From assembly GCA_041287245.1 (NCBI GenBank), contig JBEULP010000117.1, forward strand, positions 289,867 to 353,866: 64,000 nt of DNA. Direction: 5' to 3'. The DNA is from Infirmifilum sp. (GTDB lineage: Archaea > Thermoproteota > Thermoprotei > Thermofilales > Thermofilaceae). A model generated the notes under the pieces. It did not search any database and was not told the origin of the DNA. It was given only the letters and a program-made list of their open reading frames with translations. Positions within the stretch are counted from its first letter, which is position 1; each line of letters opens with the position of its first letter. Made by a program: the position numbers and the translations under genes. Shown here one piece after another: positions 10,637 through 20,950 of this stretch.

Positions 10637-10908
10637 GCACTAGGAGATCCCGACTCCGAATGATAGCTGATATTCTTAGAGTTGTAGAGGAAAGCGGCGA
10701 GGCTAATATTACCAAAATTTTACTTGAAGCCAATTTATCTTATTCTCGTCTATCAAAATACCTTGATGAGCTTGTAGCCAAGGGTTTTCTAGTCAAAGTA
10801 TCAGATAGCAGAGAGGTGAAATTCAGGGTGACTAGGAAGGGGGTTGAGTTTTTAAGAGAGTTCAATAAGATTCAACAACTAGCCGAGGCTTTCGGCATTG
10901 AACTTTAA
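10633..10908 (+). CDS. Winged-helix transcriptional regulator (archaeal RRSR-type)
   Basis: RRSRLRMIADIL...ANLSY...LVAKGFL...VTRKG pattern. Confidence 0.88.
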   Translation: MSTRRSRLRMIADILRVVEESGEANITKILLEANLSYSRLSKYLDELVAKGFLVKVSDSREVKFRVTRKGVEFLREFNKIQQLAEAFGIEL

Positions 10909-10971
10909 ACTTTTATGTGACTAGACTTTTGGTTCATAATCCTTTTAATATAAAGAACATTTAGGTGTTCG

Positions 10972-12705
10972 ATGATCAACGAGAAAAGGCTACTCATAGC
11001 CGTATTAGTAGCTCTCCTAATGACGTTAACATCAGTAGCTTTTAGTGAAGGTGGAGTGGGTGTAGGAGGCGTCGTTATCGACGTCAACGGGAACCCGATA
11101 CCTAACGTTCAGGTAGTGGTTTACGACGCTAACAATGCCGTCGCAGGAACGACATCTACAGGAGCCGACGGGCATTTTATAATCTCTGTTCTTCCAGGAT
11201 CATATACTGTCAAGCTATCGAAGCCTGGTTATGTGGACAAAACTGTACAGGTGACGGTGAGTAAAACGACGCTTTATGCCGATCTTGGCACAATTACGTT
11301 AGACTATAGTATTAAGATCTCTTTAACAACAGCCTTCCTTTCTGTTCCCATTCTGAATACTGTTACAATCCCTGTCGCGATAACAAACCAGGGGAGTTCG
11401 CCTGAAAACATCTCGATAGATATAGAGCCACAATGTGGAATACAGGTAGCCATGCTTGCATCAGGCATAGCAGTTAGCGAGCTTAAGCTAAACCCAGGTG
11501 AGACACAAAGTCTTACCCTAAGCCTGTCTACTCCCTATCTTCCCTCTCAGGATTGCAAGGTTAAAATATTTTTTATTGGCTCGGTAGCTCTTGAAAGAGA
11601 CATAACCCTTAAGATAGTGAACCAAACTCTAGGAATATTATCAACACAGTTGACCTCCTTCCAGGTTAATCCAGGCTCAACTGTACAGTTGCAAATAAAA
11701 GTGACGAATCCGCTACCAAAAACCATTAGAACAGCACTTTCTCTAGAACTGCCACCCAACTGGGTTGGGAGTCTAACTAGCGGGTCACTGGTTGTCAACC
11801 AGTTAAGCCTGAACCCCGGCGAGACCGTTCAAATACAAATGAGTATTGGGGTTCCTAAGCAAGCACAGCCTGGTAACTATGTTGTGACCGTTATAGCTAC
11901 CGGACTTTCTCCATATTTCATCGAGAAACTTCCAATAAACATCGAAGTCGTCATCGGCAATCCTCTTCTTCGACTCGAAACGACAACTCCGCATGTGGAT
12001 GTCTATGCAGGACAGACAGCTAAGTTTGGATTTACTATTGAAAATCTAGGCGACGCTGACTGTGTAGCTGGATTTCAGGTACAAGGACTACCACAAGATT
12101 ATCGTTGGAACATTGTCGACCAGCAGGGAAATGTTTTCTCACAAGTCTACCTGAAAGCTGGCGGTACACTAACATTATACCTTAGCGTGTTTGTTCCGCC
12201 TTTGGCTGAACCATCACTCATTTCCCTGAATCTGATTGCTTCTGCAAACGCCTCTCGAGACTCGATTCCCTTAACGTTGGGTGTTTTGGGAAGGTATCAG
12301 CTTAGCTTTGTAACTCAAAACTTTTATATGGAGATGACCCCGGGCTCGAATGGGACTTTCTCCGTACAGGTGAAGAACACCGGGTATAGTACGGTAACAA
12401 ATGTAGCTTTAGGGGCATCAACATCAGCGAGTGGTTTTACAGTTTCTATAAGTCCAAGCTCTGTACCGATGTTAAAACCGGGGGATACAGCGACTTTTCA
12501 GGTATCAATATCCGTTGACCCTACAACGGATGCAGGTGATTATTACGTGACTCTACTTTTGAAAGGAGACAACATAGAGCCCCTGCAAAGGGATCTTCAC
12601 GTATACGTAAGACCTGCTAATAGTCCCATTTATTATATCGCCGGGGCTGCTCTATTACTTATAATTGGTGTTTTTCTAGCTTATAGAAAATTTGGTAGGA
12701 GGTGA
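10972..12705 (+). CDS. Surface protein: carboxypeptidase-regulatory-like domain plus repeated NEW3/COG1470-type Ig domains, C-terminal TM anchor
   Basis: Signal peptide; GNPIPNVQV...PGSYTV; repeated LxPGET / PGxY motifs; TM + RKFGRR. Confidence 0.85.
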   Translation: MINEKRLLIAVLVALLMTLTSVAFSEGGVGVGGVVIDVNGNPIPNVQVVVYDANNAVAGTTSTGADGHFIISVLPGSYTVKLSKPGYVDKTVQVTVSKTTLYADLGTITLDYSIKISLTTAFLSVPILNTVTIPVAITNQGSSPENISIDIEPQCGIQVAMLASGIAVSELKLNPGETQSLTLSLSTPYLPSQDCKVKIFFIGSVALERDITLKIVNQTLGILSTQLTSFQVNPGSTVQLQIKVTNPLPKTIRTALSLELPPNWVGSLTSGSLVVNQLSLNPGETVQIQMSIGVPKQAQPGNYVVTVIATGLSPYFIEKLPINIEVVIGNPLLRLETTTPHVDVYAGQTAKFGFTIENLGDADCVAGFQVQGLPQDYRWNIVDQQGNVFSQVYLKAGGTLTLYLSVFVPPLAEPSLISLNLIASANASRDSIPLTLGVLGRYQLSFVTQNFYMEMTPGSNGTFSVQVKNTGYSTVTNVALGASTSASGFTVSISPSSVPMLKPGDTATFQVSISVDPTTDAGDYYVTLLLKGDNIEPLQRDLHVYVRPANSPIYYIAGAALLLIIGVFLAYRKFGRR

Positions 12706-12712
12706 GTTTGAT

Positions 12713-13657
12713 ATGGAATGGGCAGTTGAAACGGAAGGAATTGTGAAGATATATCGGGATAGAACAGGGGAGGTTAAAGCATTGGATAATGTGAACATAA
12801 GGGTTCCTCGAGGAGTACTCTTTGGTCTCTTCGGTCCCAACGGATCTGGAAAAACAACGTTAATATCAATACTTGTAGGCTTACAGCTTCCCACAGAAGG
12901 AACGGCGAGAGTTCTAGGCTTTGACAGCTTAAAGGAGTCGCTTGAGATTAGGAAGAGGGTCGGCTTACTACCTGAAAACTATGGTTTCTATGAGTATATG
13001 ACGGCTTTCGAGAATCTCAGGTTCCTAGGGAGGTTGGACGGAATACCCGGATCAGAGCTAGATGAAAAAATTAACAAGGTATTAGATTTGGTAGGTCTAA
13101 AAGAACGAGCAAACACCAAGGTAAAGGCGTTTTCAAGAGGAATGACGCAGAGGCTTGCGCTGGCACAAGCTCTACTCAAGGATCCGGAGCTTCTTATTTT
13201 AGATGAACCTACTCTAGGACTTGACCCTCAGGGAACAGCTACCTTCCGAGAACTAGTGTCCCAACTGGTAAAAGAGGGAAAAACCATATTGATTTCCACA
13301 CACCTTTTACACGAGATCGGTTTTATCTGCACACACGCTGCTTTTATTCGTAAAGGAAAGATAGTGGCGCAAGGAAGTCTAGAGGAACTGGCAAAGCCCT
13401 ACCGGGAGTCTAAGGGTTTCAGCTATGAAATAACGGTACAGGGTAGCCCGGAGGATCTTCTAAAAGAGATTAGGAAGCTCCCTGAGGTGATCGAGGTTCG
13501 CCTAAAGAACAACACAATATACGTAAGAACCTCTAAAGACATGGGAACTGAGATGCGCAATCTAGCTGGTAAAATCCCAGTTAAGTCCTTTGTTGAACGC
13601 TCGCCAAGTTGGGATGAATTATATCAGTTTTATCATGGGGGTGGTTGGGGTGAGTGA
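12713..13657 (+). CDS. ABC-2 type exporter ATP-binding protein
   Basis: GPNGSGKTT, FSRGMTQR, DEPTLGLDP; SD GGAGGTGA before ATG 12713. Confidence 0.92.
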   Translation: MEWAVETEGIVKIYRDRTGEVKALDNVNIRVPRGVLFGLFGPNGSGKTTLISILVGLQLPTEGTARVLGFDSLKESLEIRKRVGLLPENYGFYEYMTAFENLRFLGRLDGIPGSELDEKINKVLDLVGLKERANTKVKAFSRGMTQRLALAQALLKDPELLILDEPTLGLDPQGTATFRELVSQLVKEGKTILISTHLLHEIGFICTHAAFIRKGKIVAQGSLEELAKPYRESKGFSYEITVQGSPEDLLKEIRKLPEVIEVRLKNNTIYVRTSKDMGTEMRNLAGKIPVKSFVERSPSWDELYQFYHGGGWGE

Positions 13658-14594
13658 GAGAATTCTTGTTATAACTCGGAAAGAGTTATCGGAAAACTTC
13701 AAAAGCATGAGATACTGGGGCCTTATAGGCCTCTTCATACTTCTCTTCACAGCAATGTCGGCTGCGATAGGAAGCGCCATAAGAGGGCTAAGAATTCCGG
13801 GAATGGAGTTCGGCGGAGGTAGATTCGTAGTACAACTTGCAACGAGCATATCAAACTCCATGTTATATATGGCGCCTCTACTTGGAATTGCACTTGGATT
13901 CGCGGCTATTGCAGCAGAGCGTGAGAAGGGGACTCTCCGACTTGTACTAGCTAGACCCATCTACAGAGATCAGGTTCTAAACGGTAAAATCCTAGCGGCT
14001 TTTATCCTCATCTTCTTTGCAATATTTACTTCAACAGTTATAGCACTTCCAATATCCATTGCGCTGCATGGACTAACTGTTACCACGGATGATCTGGTAA
14101 GGCTGTTTATCAGCATGACCCCCTCTACACTTCTAGCCTTAGCTTACTATGCCCTTGCCCTCTTCGTCTCTGTACTCAGCGATAGATCAAGCCGAGCATT
14201 TCTCTATGCATTAATAGCTTGGATCTTCTTTACTTTCATACTACCAATAATCGCGTCCCTGATAGCACTTTCCATACTAGGACCTCCACCAGCCGTGTCT
14301 TTTAACTTCTCAGCCGCGGGTAATCGGAGCGCTATTCCACCACAACTGTTGCAGTACGAGCAGAAATCAAGCCAAATAACGAGTAGCGTCCTCTTAATTT
14401 CTCCAAACAGCAGGTATACCTCTTTCATGAACGCCTTGTTCTCGAGGGCAAGACAAGGAACGAACACCTATTATACAAATCTACTGACAGTCTTTGCTAC
14501 AAGGTGGATCGACTTAACTGTATTAATCGCCTACGTAGTAGTCTTCATCGCACTATCATACATATTCTTCGTACGAAGACAAGAAGTAAGATAG
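13650..14594 (+). CDS. ABC-2 permease (NosY-like)
   Basis: IAAEREKGTLRLVLARPI...GK motif; GTG 13650 overlaps the ATPase stop. Confidence 0.88.
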   Translation: MSERILVITRKELSENFKSMRYWGLIGLFILLFTAMSAAIGSAIRGLRIPGMEFGGGRFVVQLATSISNSMLYMAPLLGIALGFAAIAAEREKGTLRLVLARPIYRDQVLNGKILAAFILIFFAIFTSTVIALPISIALHGLTVTTDDLVRLFISMTPSTLLALAYYALALFVSVLSDRSSRAFLYALIAWIFFTFILPIIASLIALSILGPPPAVSFNFSAAGNRSAIPPQLLQYEQKSSQITSSVLLISPNSRYTSFMNALFSRARQGTNTYYTNLLTVFATRWIDLTVLIAYVVVFIALSYIFFVRRQEVR

Positions 14595-14642
14595 CCTACT
14601 TCAAAAGAATCTTTTTCTGCTTTTAACCTTCATGTAAATCCT

Positions 14643-16514
14643 CTAGTATGAAGGTTTTTTAACCCTTGTCAGATAGGGCTTAGCAAAGTCTACTCCGAGT
14701 TCCGCTAAAGTTTCCTCCGTTGGAATACCCTCCTCATCCCAGCCCATAAACCTATAATACTCGGATCTCTCCCTGGCAAGCTCCGATGAGTCCACAGCCT
14801 TACCCTTAAAGGGCCCGGAGGGTAACGGCTCATAAAATCTTGCGGGTAGATCATCATCTCTCCCCGGCTGCCAGTAGACGTCCGGGCCTCCTAGTAGGAT
14901 TGCTAGGCGCTGGAGTGTTAAGATTCTCTTCGCGTTTTTAGCCATCCAGGCCTCCTGTGTAATACCAAAACCAGTGATAGCCTCCAGGAATGAAAACATG
15001 AGGTCGTCGATAGCATTAAAGGCACATATTACAGCGGAGTCTGGAAAAGTCATCCAGAGCTCGCCCCAAGCTGAAGTGTAGGGTTTTCGCGGGGCGGATG
15101 TGTGGTCTCCACCTTGTGTACTCGTAGCATAGCCAAATGATGGGAGGTAATCTTTGCCACTTCTGACTCCATGTGCACCTATACCTATACCTTTCACGTG
15201 TACAGCGTAGCGTGTAGCATCGACGCCCTTCGTCTTACTAATCTTTAAGGCATATCTGAAGCTGCCTTCTGCCAGGTCTTTTCCAACCCCCTCCCTTTTA
15301 GCGATCAAGTTCATAAGCTGAGCGAAGGCCTCAGAGTCACCCCATTTTGGCTTTATTCCCCCCAGGTCATCCTCGCTTATGATACCCTTCTCATACAACT
15401 CGCCGACCAGGCCTAACAGGTTACCTGTCTGTATTCCGCAGAGACCGAGATCGTCTGCGAGGGAAGATAAGTATATGCAGCTGCGAGGCTCAAAAATCCC
15501 GAGGTTTGGTCCAAGATACGCCTGGAGCTCATAGTCAGGGGTATCCGTAACCGCACCCTTCTGAGCACCCCTTCTCAGATACGAAATTTTCATACATGTA
15601 GTGGGGCACCCATAGTCGCCCCAGAACCTCTTAACCCAGTGGGCTTCGAAGTTTTGTTGCCCCATAGCCCTGTTCTCGTGCCACTCTTCCTGCCAGTTAC
15701 GAATGGGTTCGCTGCTGGTTATAGCCCCTGTAGCGAAGCCTCCAGCCCCTGTACCCCATTGCTTAAAGGTCGTCCTCTTATTAAGCCTCTTCCAGCTCTC
15801 ATATATAAGGAGTCTAACCCAATCGGGATGCCTTGCCGGCGGCATTGGCCCAAATCCTTTCACAACCACTGCTTTGAGATACTTCGAGCCCATGACTGCT
15901 CCGTAGCCACCGTATCCGGCGGCGTGGGTGAGCTTTGCCATTACAGCTGCTGTTCGAACCAGGTTTTCCCCCGCGGGACCAATATACACAAAACTAGGCT
16001 CCTTAGTTAGCCCCTCACGGGCTAGCCTTTTTCTTTTAAGCTCGCTCCAAGTCTCCTTCATAAGCCTCGTATAGGTTTCACGCCCCGTAAGGCCCCACAG
16101 GTGGCTTGCACCACGAATTTCTACATGTTCGCCTTCAACGTAGAGATAAACTGGATCCTTTGCCTTTCCTCTGACGATTATACCATCGTAGCCGGCGGCT
16201 TTTAATTCTATGGCAACTTCAGAGGACAGGACGCTTCCGACAATCCCGTTACTTTGAGGGGACTTCCCAGATACCGCCAGCTTGACCCCCGGATAATAAC
16301 CTGTGAGGGGCCCTGTCAGGAACAAGAGAAGATTGTCTTCGCCGAGCGGGTCTACGTGTTCCCATCTCTCGCCAAGCTCTCGCATTAAAATATATGTCGC
16401 GAGTCCACGGCCTCCCAGGTAGTCTTGGAGGGTTTTTTCATCTAAGAAATATTCTGATACTTTTTCTCGGGATAGGTCGACATCCAGTAACTTGCCATTA
16501 TATCCATGAACCAT
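14643..16514 (-). CDS. Tungsten aldehyde:ferredoxin oxidoreductase family protein (WOR4-like)
   Basis: GGRGLA, KSPQSNG, IGPAGEN, GAVMGSK, DDLGL, GWDEEGIPT. Confidence 0.9.
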   Translation of the reverse strand: MVHGYNGKLLDVDLSREKVSEYFLDEKTLQDYLGGRGLATYILMRELGERWEHVDPLGEDNLLLFLTGPLTGYYPGVKLAVSGKSPQSNGIVGSVLSSEVAIELKAAGYDGIIVRGKAKDPVYLYVEGEHVEIRGASHLWGLTGRETYTRLMKETWSELKRKRLAREGLTKEPSFVYIGPAGENLVRTAAVMAKLTHAAGYGGYGAVMGSKYLKAVVVKGFGPMPPARHPDWVRLLIYESWKRLNKRTTFKQWGTGAGGFATGAITSSEPIRNWQEEWHENRAMGQQNFEAHWVKRFWGDYGCPTTCMKISYLRRGAQKGAVTDTPDYELQAYLGPNLGIFEPRSCIYLSSLADDLGLCGIQTGNLLGLVGELYEKGIISEDDLGGIKPKWGDSEAFAQLMNLIAKREGVGKDLAEGSFRYALKISKTKGVDATRYAVHVKGIGIGAHGVRSGKDYLPSFGYATSTQGGDHTSAPRKPYTSAWGELWMTFPDSAVICAFNAIDDLMFSFLEAITGFGITQEAWMAKNAKRILTLQRLAILLGGPDVYWQPGRDDDLPARFYEPLPSGPFKGKAVDSSELARERSEYYRFMGWDEEGIPTEETLAELGVDFAKPYLTRVKKPSY

Positions 16515-16515
16515 T

Positions 16516-17028
16516 TTAAATCACCCACTCATCTCCATAGAGAGTTTCATACAACCTCTTAGAAACTTCTTCTGGGAAAGTCGAGTAAAGCTTGAAGGCT
16601 GTGCTTTCATATGGGACAATCCTTAAGGCGTAATACCCGGCATCCTGACAGGCCTTTACGCATTCAGGCTCTCCACCGCATAGGTCGCAAACCATAGCTT
16701 TTCTCGTCCGTGGATGTAGACGCATAACTTTCCCGGGGCATGCACGCACACAATCGCCGCAGCTTACGCATTTAGCCTCATCTACTAATACAGCTCCCGT
16801 AGTATTATCTGTCCTCAGAGCGCCATAAGAGCAGGCCTTAATGCAAGGGTAATCCCTGCATTGTGCGCACGTATGAGGGACATCCACCCCTGGGTATAGT
16901 TCGATTATCCTTATCCTGCTAGCCTCAGGCCAAACGGTACCCTCGTGTTTCAAACTGCAGGAAACCTCACATAGGCGACAGCCCGAGCAGCGTAGCGGGT
17001 CCCGAAGAATAAAAATTGGCTCTACCAT
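16516..17028 (-). CDS. Polyferredoxin (4Fe-4S dicluster) partner of the WOR enzyme
   Basis: Four Cys clusters (CSGCRLCEVSC, CAQC..PC..C, CVSCGDCVRACP, CDLC..C..C); ATG 17028 preferred. Confidence 0.9.
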   Translation of the reverse strand: MVEPIFILRDPLRCSGCRLCEVSCSLKHEGTVWPEASRIRIIELYPGVDVPHTCAQCRDYPCIKACSYGALRTDNTTGAVLVDEAKCVSCGDCVRACPGKVMRLHPRTRKAMVCDLCGGEPECVKACQDAGYYALRIVPYESTAFKLYSTFPEEVSKRLYETLYGDEWVI

Positions 17029-17141
17029 AAGAGTTTGTTTAAAACCCAAAGAATTAAAGACTTGTTTAGTATTAGCGGGTATTACTACACTTTTACTAAA
17101 CCTTTTTATAAGGGTAGACTCTTTTTTCTCATGCAAGGTAT

Positions 17142-17438
17142 ATGTGCTGGGGGGCTCCCGCAGTTGTCTTAGACATTAGTGGAGCAACAGCCAAAGTTGA
17201 TTATGGAGACGGCATACCGAGAGAGGTTTTCATAGGAATATCTGAAGGCAAGCTTGAAAAGGGCGAGCTCGTGATGGTTCACGCTGGAGTTATCATTTCG
17301 AAGTTAACACCTGAGGGCGTTTTAGAGCAGATAAGCTTTATAAGAGAGGTTATAGGGGAGGAAGACACCCCCTGGACGCAGATGTATGAGAAGATTCTAA
17401 AACTCGCGGAAGAGCTAAGAGGGGGGAAACAGGTTTGA
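17142..17438 (+). CDS. hypC: Hydrogenase maturation chaperone HypC
   Basis: N-terminal MCWGAP, VMVHAG. Confidence 0.93.
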   Translation: MCWGAPAVVLDISGATAKVDYGDGIPREVFIGISEGKLEKGELVMVHAGVIISKLTPEGVLEQISFIREVIGEEDTPWTQMYEKILKLAEELRGGKQV

Positions 17439-18484
17439 GTAGCCTAGAGGCGCTCACCCTTGCACACGGTCAGGGTGGGGTTGAAACTCTCGAGCTTCTT
17501 CGACGCATGATATTTGGCCGCGTCGAGGAACAGCTTAAGAAGGTGCAGGGCGGGGTTGGGATTGATAAACCTGATGACGGCTCGCTTATTCCAATCGGGG
17601 AAGGAAAATTCATGGTGGTCACAGTTGATTCCTATACGGTTAACCCGCCGTTTTTCCCGGGCGGGAACATAGGGAGTCTTGCAGCCTCGGGCTCTATCAA
17701 CGACGTTGTAATGATGGGTGGAAGGCCAATAGCGATGCTTGACTCTATTATAGCAGAGGAAGGCTTTCCCTTGAAGACGCTTGAGGAGATAATTAACTCT
17801 TTCATTGAGGTGCTCAGGCGAGAAAACATAGCGCTTATAGGGGGCGACTTTAAAGTCATGCCTAAGGGCCAGCTTGACAGGATAACTATAACCACGGTCG
17901 GGATCGGGGTAGCGGAACATCCAATCGTAGATGAGCCTAAGCCTGGTGATAAGCTTGTCGTGACAGACTTCGTGGGCGATCACGGGACTGTTATTCTCAT
18001 GCATCAGATGGGGCTTGGTGAAGTAGAGGAAATAAAGAGCAGTCTCCTCAAGAGCGACTCGAAGCCACTTACCCCGCTGCTTCCACTGCTTGAAAAGTAC
18101 CATGGCTACGTTCACGCAGCCCGAGACCCGACGCGTGGGGGTCTAGCAGGTGTGCTCAACGAGTGGGCAAAGGATTCCGGCCTAGTCATAGTCGTCAACG
18201 ACGAGGACATGCCTGTGCGTGAACATGTAAGGCACTACGCTGAGATGCTTGGGGTAGACCCAATATACCTGGCTAGCGAGGGCGTAGCGGTTCTCAGCGT
18301 GGCGCCTGAGGCGGCGCAAGACCTCCTGCGCGATCTTCGTGCAAAAGGGTTTCCGAATGCACGAATAGTAGGCGAAGTAAGGGAAAGTGAAAAATACAAG
18401 GGGTATGTTCTCTCGAAAACTCTTGTCGGAGGGTATAGGATAATAGAGCCTCCCCGAGGAGTACTTGTCCCCAGGATTTGTTAG
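17435..18484 (+). CDS. hypE: Hydrogenase maturation protein HypE
   Basis: LAHGQGG, GGDFKV, RDPTRGG, C-terminal PRIC. Confidence 0.96.
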   Translation: MSSLEALTLAHGQGGVETLELLRRMIFGRVEEQLKKVQGGVGIDKPDDGSLIPIGEGKFMVVTVDSYTVNPPFFPGGNIGSLAASGSINDVVMMGGRPIAMLDSIIAEEGFPLKTLEEIINSFIEVLRRENIALIGGDFKVMPKGQLDRITITTVGIGVAEHPIVDEPKPGDKLVVTDFVGDHGTVILMHQMGLGEVEEIKSSLLKSDSKPLTPLLPLLEKYHGYVHAARDPTRGGLAGVLNEWAKDSGLVIVVNDEDMPVREHVRHYAEMLGVDPIYLASEGVAVLSVAPEAAQDLLRDLRAKGFPNARIVGEVRESEKYKGYVLSKTLVGGYRIIEPPRGVLVPRIC

Positions 18485-19089
18485 GTGATCTCAATTTGAA
18501 ATCATTAAAGTTTTCAGGGATTAAGCTGAGAAGGATAGGCTTAGCCGGGGTTCAGCTTGAGTTTCGAGATACGGCAATCTGTGTAGACGTGCTTGACGCC
18601 TCGCCTTGCGACGTAGCCCTATACACGCATAACCACCCGAGGCACGCTCCAAGCCTCATGCCCGGTATACCGGTGTTTTCGCCTTTCGCCGGGAGGATTG
18701 TTTCTCCTGGGGAAGTTATAGAGTTAAGACAGGGGGTTAAGGTTGAAGCTGTAGATGCGTATAACCTTGGCTATAAAGGAGGGCCTATTCATCCAAAGGG
18801 AAGCGGGGTTGGCTTTTTACTGAGTTTTGACGACAGCACCACTGTTTACCATATGGGTGACACTGATCTCGTTGAAGAGGCTCTACGGCTGCAGAACAAA
18901 GCCATAGGCGTTTTACTGGTTCCTGTAGGCGGCTCGGGCGTTATGAGTCCTGAGGAAGCCGCCGAGGCCGTGAAAACCCTGCGCCCTTCCATTGCAATCC
19001 CCGTTCACGAGGAAGACAGGTCGCAACTGAAAATCTTCAAGAGGCTGTCTCAACCTTACACCCAGGTAGTATTGTTAGAGGCTGCGTAG
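18478..19089 (+). CDS. Metallo-beta-lactamase-fold hydrolase (UPF0173-like)
   Basis: THNHPRH, HPKGSGVG, YHMGDTD, IPVH. Confidence 0.82.
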   Translation: MLGDLNLKSLKFSGIKLRRIGLAGVQLEFRDTAICVDVLDASPCDVALYTHNHPRHAPSLMPGIPVFSPFAGRIVSPGEVIELRQGVKVEAVDAYNLGYKGGPIHPKGSGVGFLLSFDDSTTVYHMGDTDLVEEALRLQNKAIGVLLVPVGGSGVMSPEEAAEAVKTLRPSIAIPVHEEDRSQLKIFKRLSQPYTQVVLLEAA

Positions 19090-19090
19090 G

Positions 19091-20950
19091 ATGAATCCCT
19101 CGCTAGAACGAATAATACCACCCTCGATGCGCTTCAAAGCCATCACAATCTACGAGTATAAGAGAGCCTACGAGAACAGTATCCGAAACCTCGACGCGCT
19201 GTGGAGCTCCGAGGCTTTAGCCCTAAGTTGGAGGAGAAAATGGGCGTCTACGAGGCAAGGCGACGGCCCATACACGAGGTGGTTCAGCGGGGGGTTGCTA
19301 AGCCCATACGAAAACATCGTAGCTAGACATAAAGACACTGGTGTATGGGGCAAGGCTGCTATTATCCAGCTAGAGGAAAACGGGGATGCTGAAGCACTCA
19401 CATTCTCGGGTCTAGACCATCTTATCTCCAAGATACACTGCGGCCTGAAGAACATGGGCTTGAGTGCTGGAGACTGGGTAGCTGTGTACAGCCCGCCGAA
19501 TATTGAGAGCTTTGCATTTATGCTAGCTGCGATTAGAGCCGGTCTACCAGTCGAGCCAATCTTCACAGGTTTTAGCCCGCAAGAAATGTCGCGGAGGGTC
19601 TTAGCTAGAAAGGCTAGGGGGCTCTTCGTTACAGCTGAGTATACACGACGCGGGAAAACCATAGAGGTGGCAAAGGCTAGCGAGGACCAGCTTACTCGTC
19701 TAGCCGATTCAGGCGTTAAGGTCGTTATACATGGCGGGAAAACGGGCGGCAAGTACGTCGACTTCGCAGAACTCCTAAGCTACAAGTGTAACGCTGAGGA
19801 CACTGTCGTCGAGTCCACTCACCCCCTTTTCGGACTACACAGCGGATACGAGGAGGACTTTAAGCCGATAACCCATCCTACAGGAGGTTTCCTCGTACAG
19901 GCATACGCCACCTCGAGGTGGATAGGTCTAAGACCAAGAGATACCGTCTTCTGCACAGTGTGGCCAGGTTGGATAACCGGGGTTACTTATCAGCTCTTCG
20001 GGCCCCTAATGTTAGGCTCAACCGTCCTCCTGTATACAGGGGGGCCGGACTGGCCAAATTGGGGGATCTGGCTGGACATCATAGACTCCTTTTCGGTCAC
20101 GCTTTTTATCACCACGAGTAGCGCGGTTCGACTTCTCTCAAAACAGGATCCGAGTCTTCTGAAGGGGAAGAACGACACACTGCGCGAAGTGATCATTACG
20201 GCTGAACCACTAGAGCCAGAGTATTGGCGTTGGAGCTACGACGTCCTTGGGTCTCTCCCATATCCAGTTATAGACTCTACGCCCGGCCGAGGAGGAACCA
20301 TACCAGTTCTAAACATGTTTATCCAGAGCGAGGTTGGAACATTCCTCACAGGCAACCTTGTAAATTATACCTTTACTCATATAATACCCGGCTCTTCAGG
20401 CCCCCCTATCCCAGGGTTCGCTCTCGACGTTTTAGATGGGCAAGACAAGCCTATACGAGGCAAGCCCGGCAGGCTCGTGATAAAGGCGCCGTGGCCCTCA
20501 ATCCCAATCGAGGCCCCAGCGGAGTTCTACTCGGCTTGGCGCAACAATTATTATGACACGGGTGACATCGCGATAATGAGTGAAGAATACTATATTTTCC
20601 CGCTGGGACGGGGCGACGGCGTCTTGAAAGTCAGTGGTTACCGCTTAAGCCCGGGTGCTCTTGAAAAAAACATAGCATCGCTTAGTGGTGTCGACTGGGT
20701 ACTTGTAGCACCCCTCAGGAACCCTGAGAGGTTTGAGACGCCTATAGTCCTTTACCACGGGGATGTAAAAGAGGAAGAAATAACCCATATTGTACGTGAA
20801 AAAATAGGCCCCATAGCATCCCCCGGGAAGATAATTAGTCTCCATGTAAAGCCTAGCATATCCCCTTCGCAAGCTCGAAAAGAAATAGCTGAGCTGCTTT
20901 ACAAGGGTCTTGTAGAGGAAGCTGTGAAAAAACTTGAGTCCATAAAATAA
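19091..20950 (+). CDS. Acetyl-CoA synthetase-like AMP-binding protein with degenerate catalytic motifs
   Basis: ACS-like N-terminus, GWITG, YDTGD, GRGDGVLKVSGYR; P-loop and A10 Lys motif altered. Confidence 0.8.
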   Translation: MNPSLERIIPPSMRFKAITIYEYKRAYENSIRNLDALWSSEALALSWRRKWASTRQGDGPYTRWFSGGLLSPYENIVARHKDTGVWGKAAIIQLEENGDAEALTFSGLDHLISKIHCGLKNMGLSAGDWVAVYSPPNIESFAFMLAAIRAGLPVEPIFTGFSPQEMSRRVLARKARGLFVTAEYTRRGKTIEVAKASEDQLTRLADSGVKVVIHGGKTGGKYVDFAELLSYKCNAEDTVVESTHPLFGLHSGYEEDFKPITHPTGGFLVQAYATSRWIGLRPRDTVFCTVWPGWITGVTYQLFGPLMLGSTVLLYTGGPDWPNWGIWLDIIDSFSVTLFITTSSAVRLLSKQDPSLLKGKNDTLREVIITAEPLEPEYWRWSYDVLGSLPYPVIDSTPGRGGTIPVLNMFIQSEVGTFLTGNLVNYTFTHIIPGSSGPPIPGFALDVLDGQDKPIRGKPGRLVIKAPWPSIPIEAPAEFYSAWRNNYYDTGDIAIMSEEYYIFPLGRGDGVLKVSGYRLSPGALEKNIASLSGVDWVLVAPLRNPERFETPIVLYHGDVKEEEITHIVREKIGPIASPGKIISLHVKPSISPSQARKEIAELLYKGLVEEAVKKLESIK

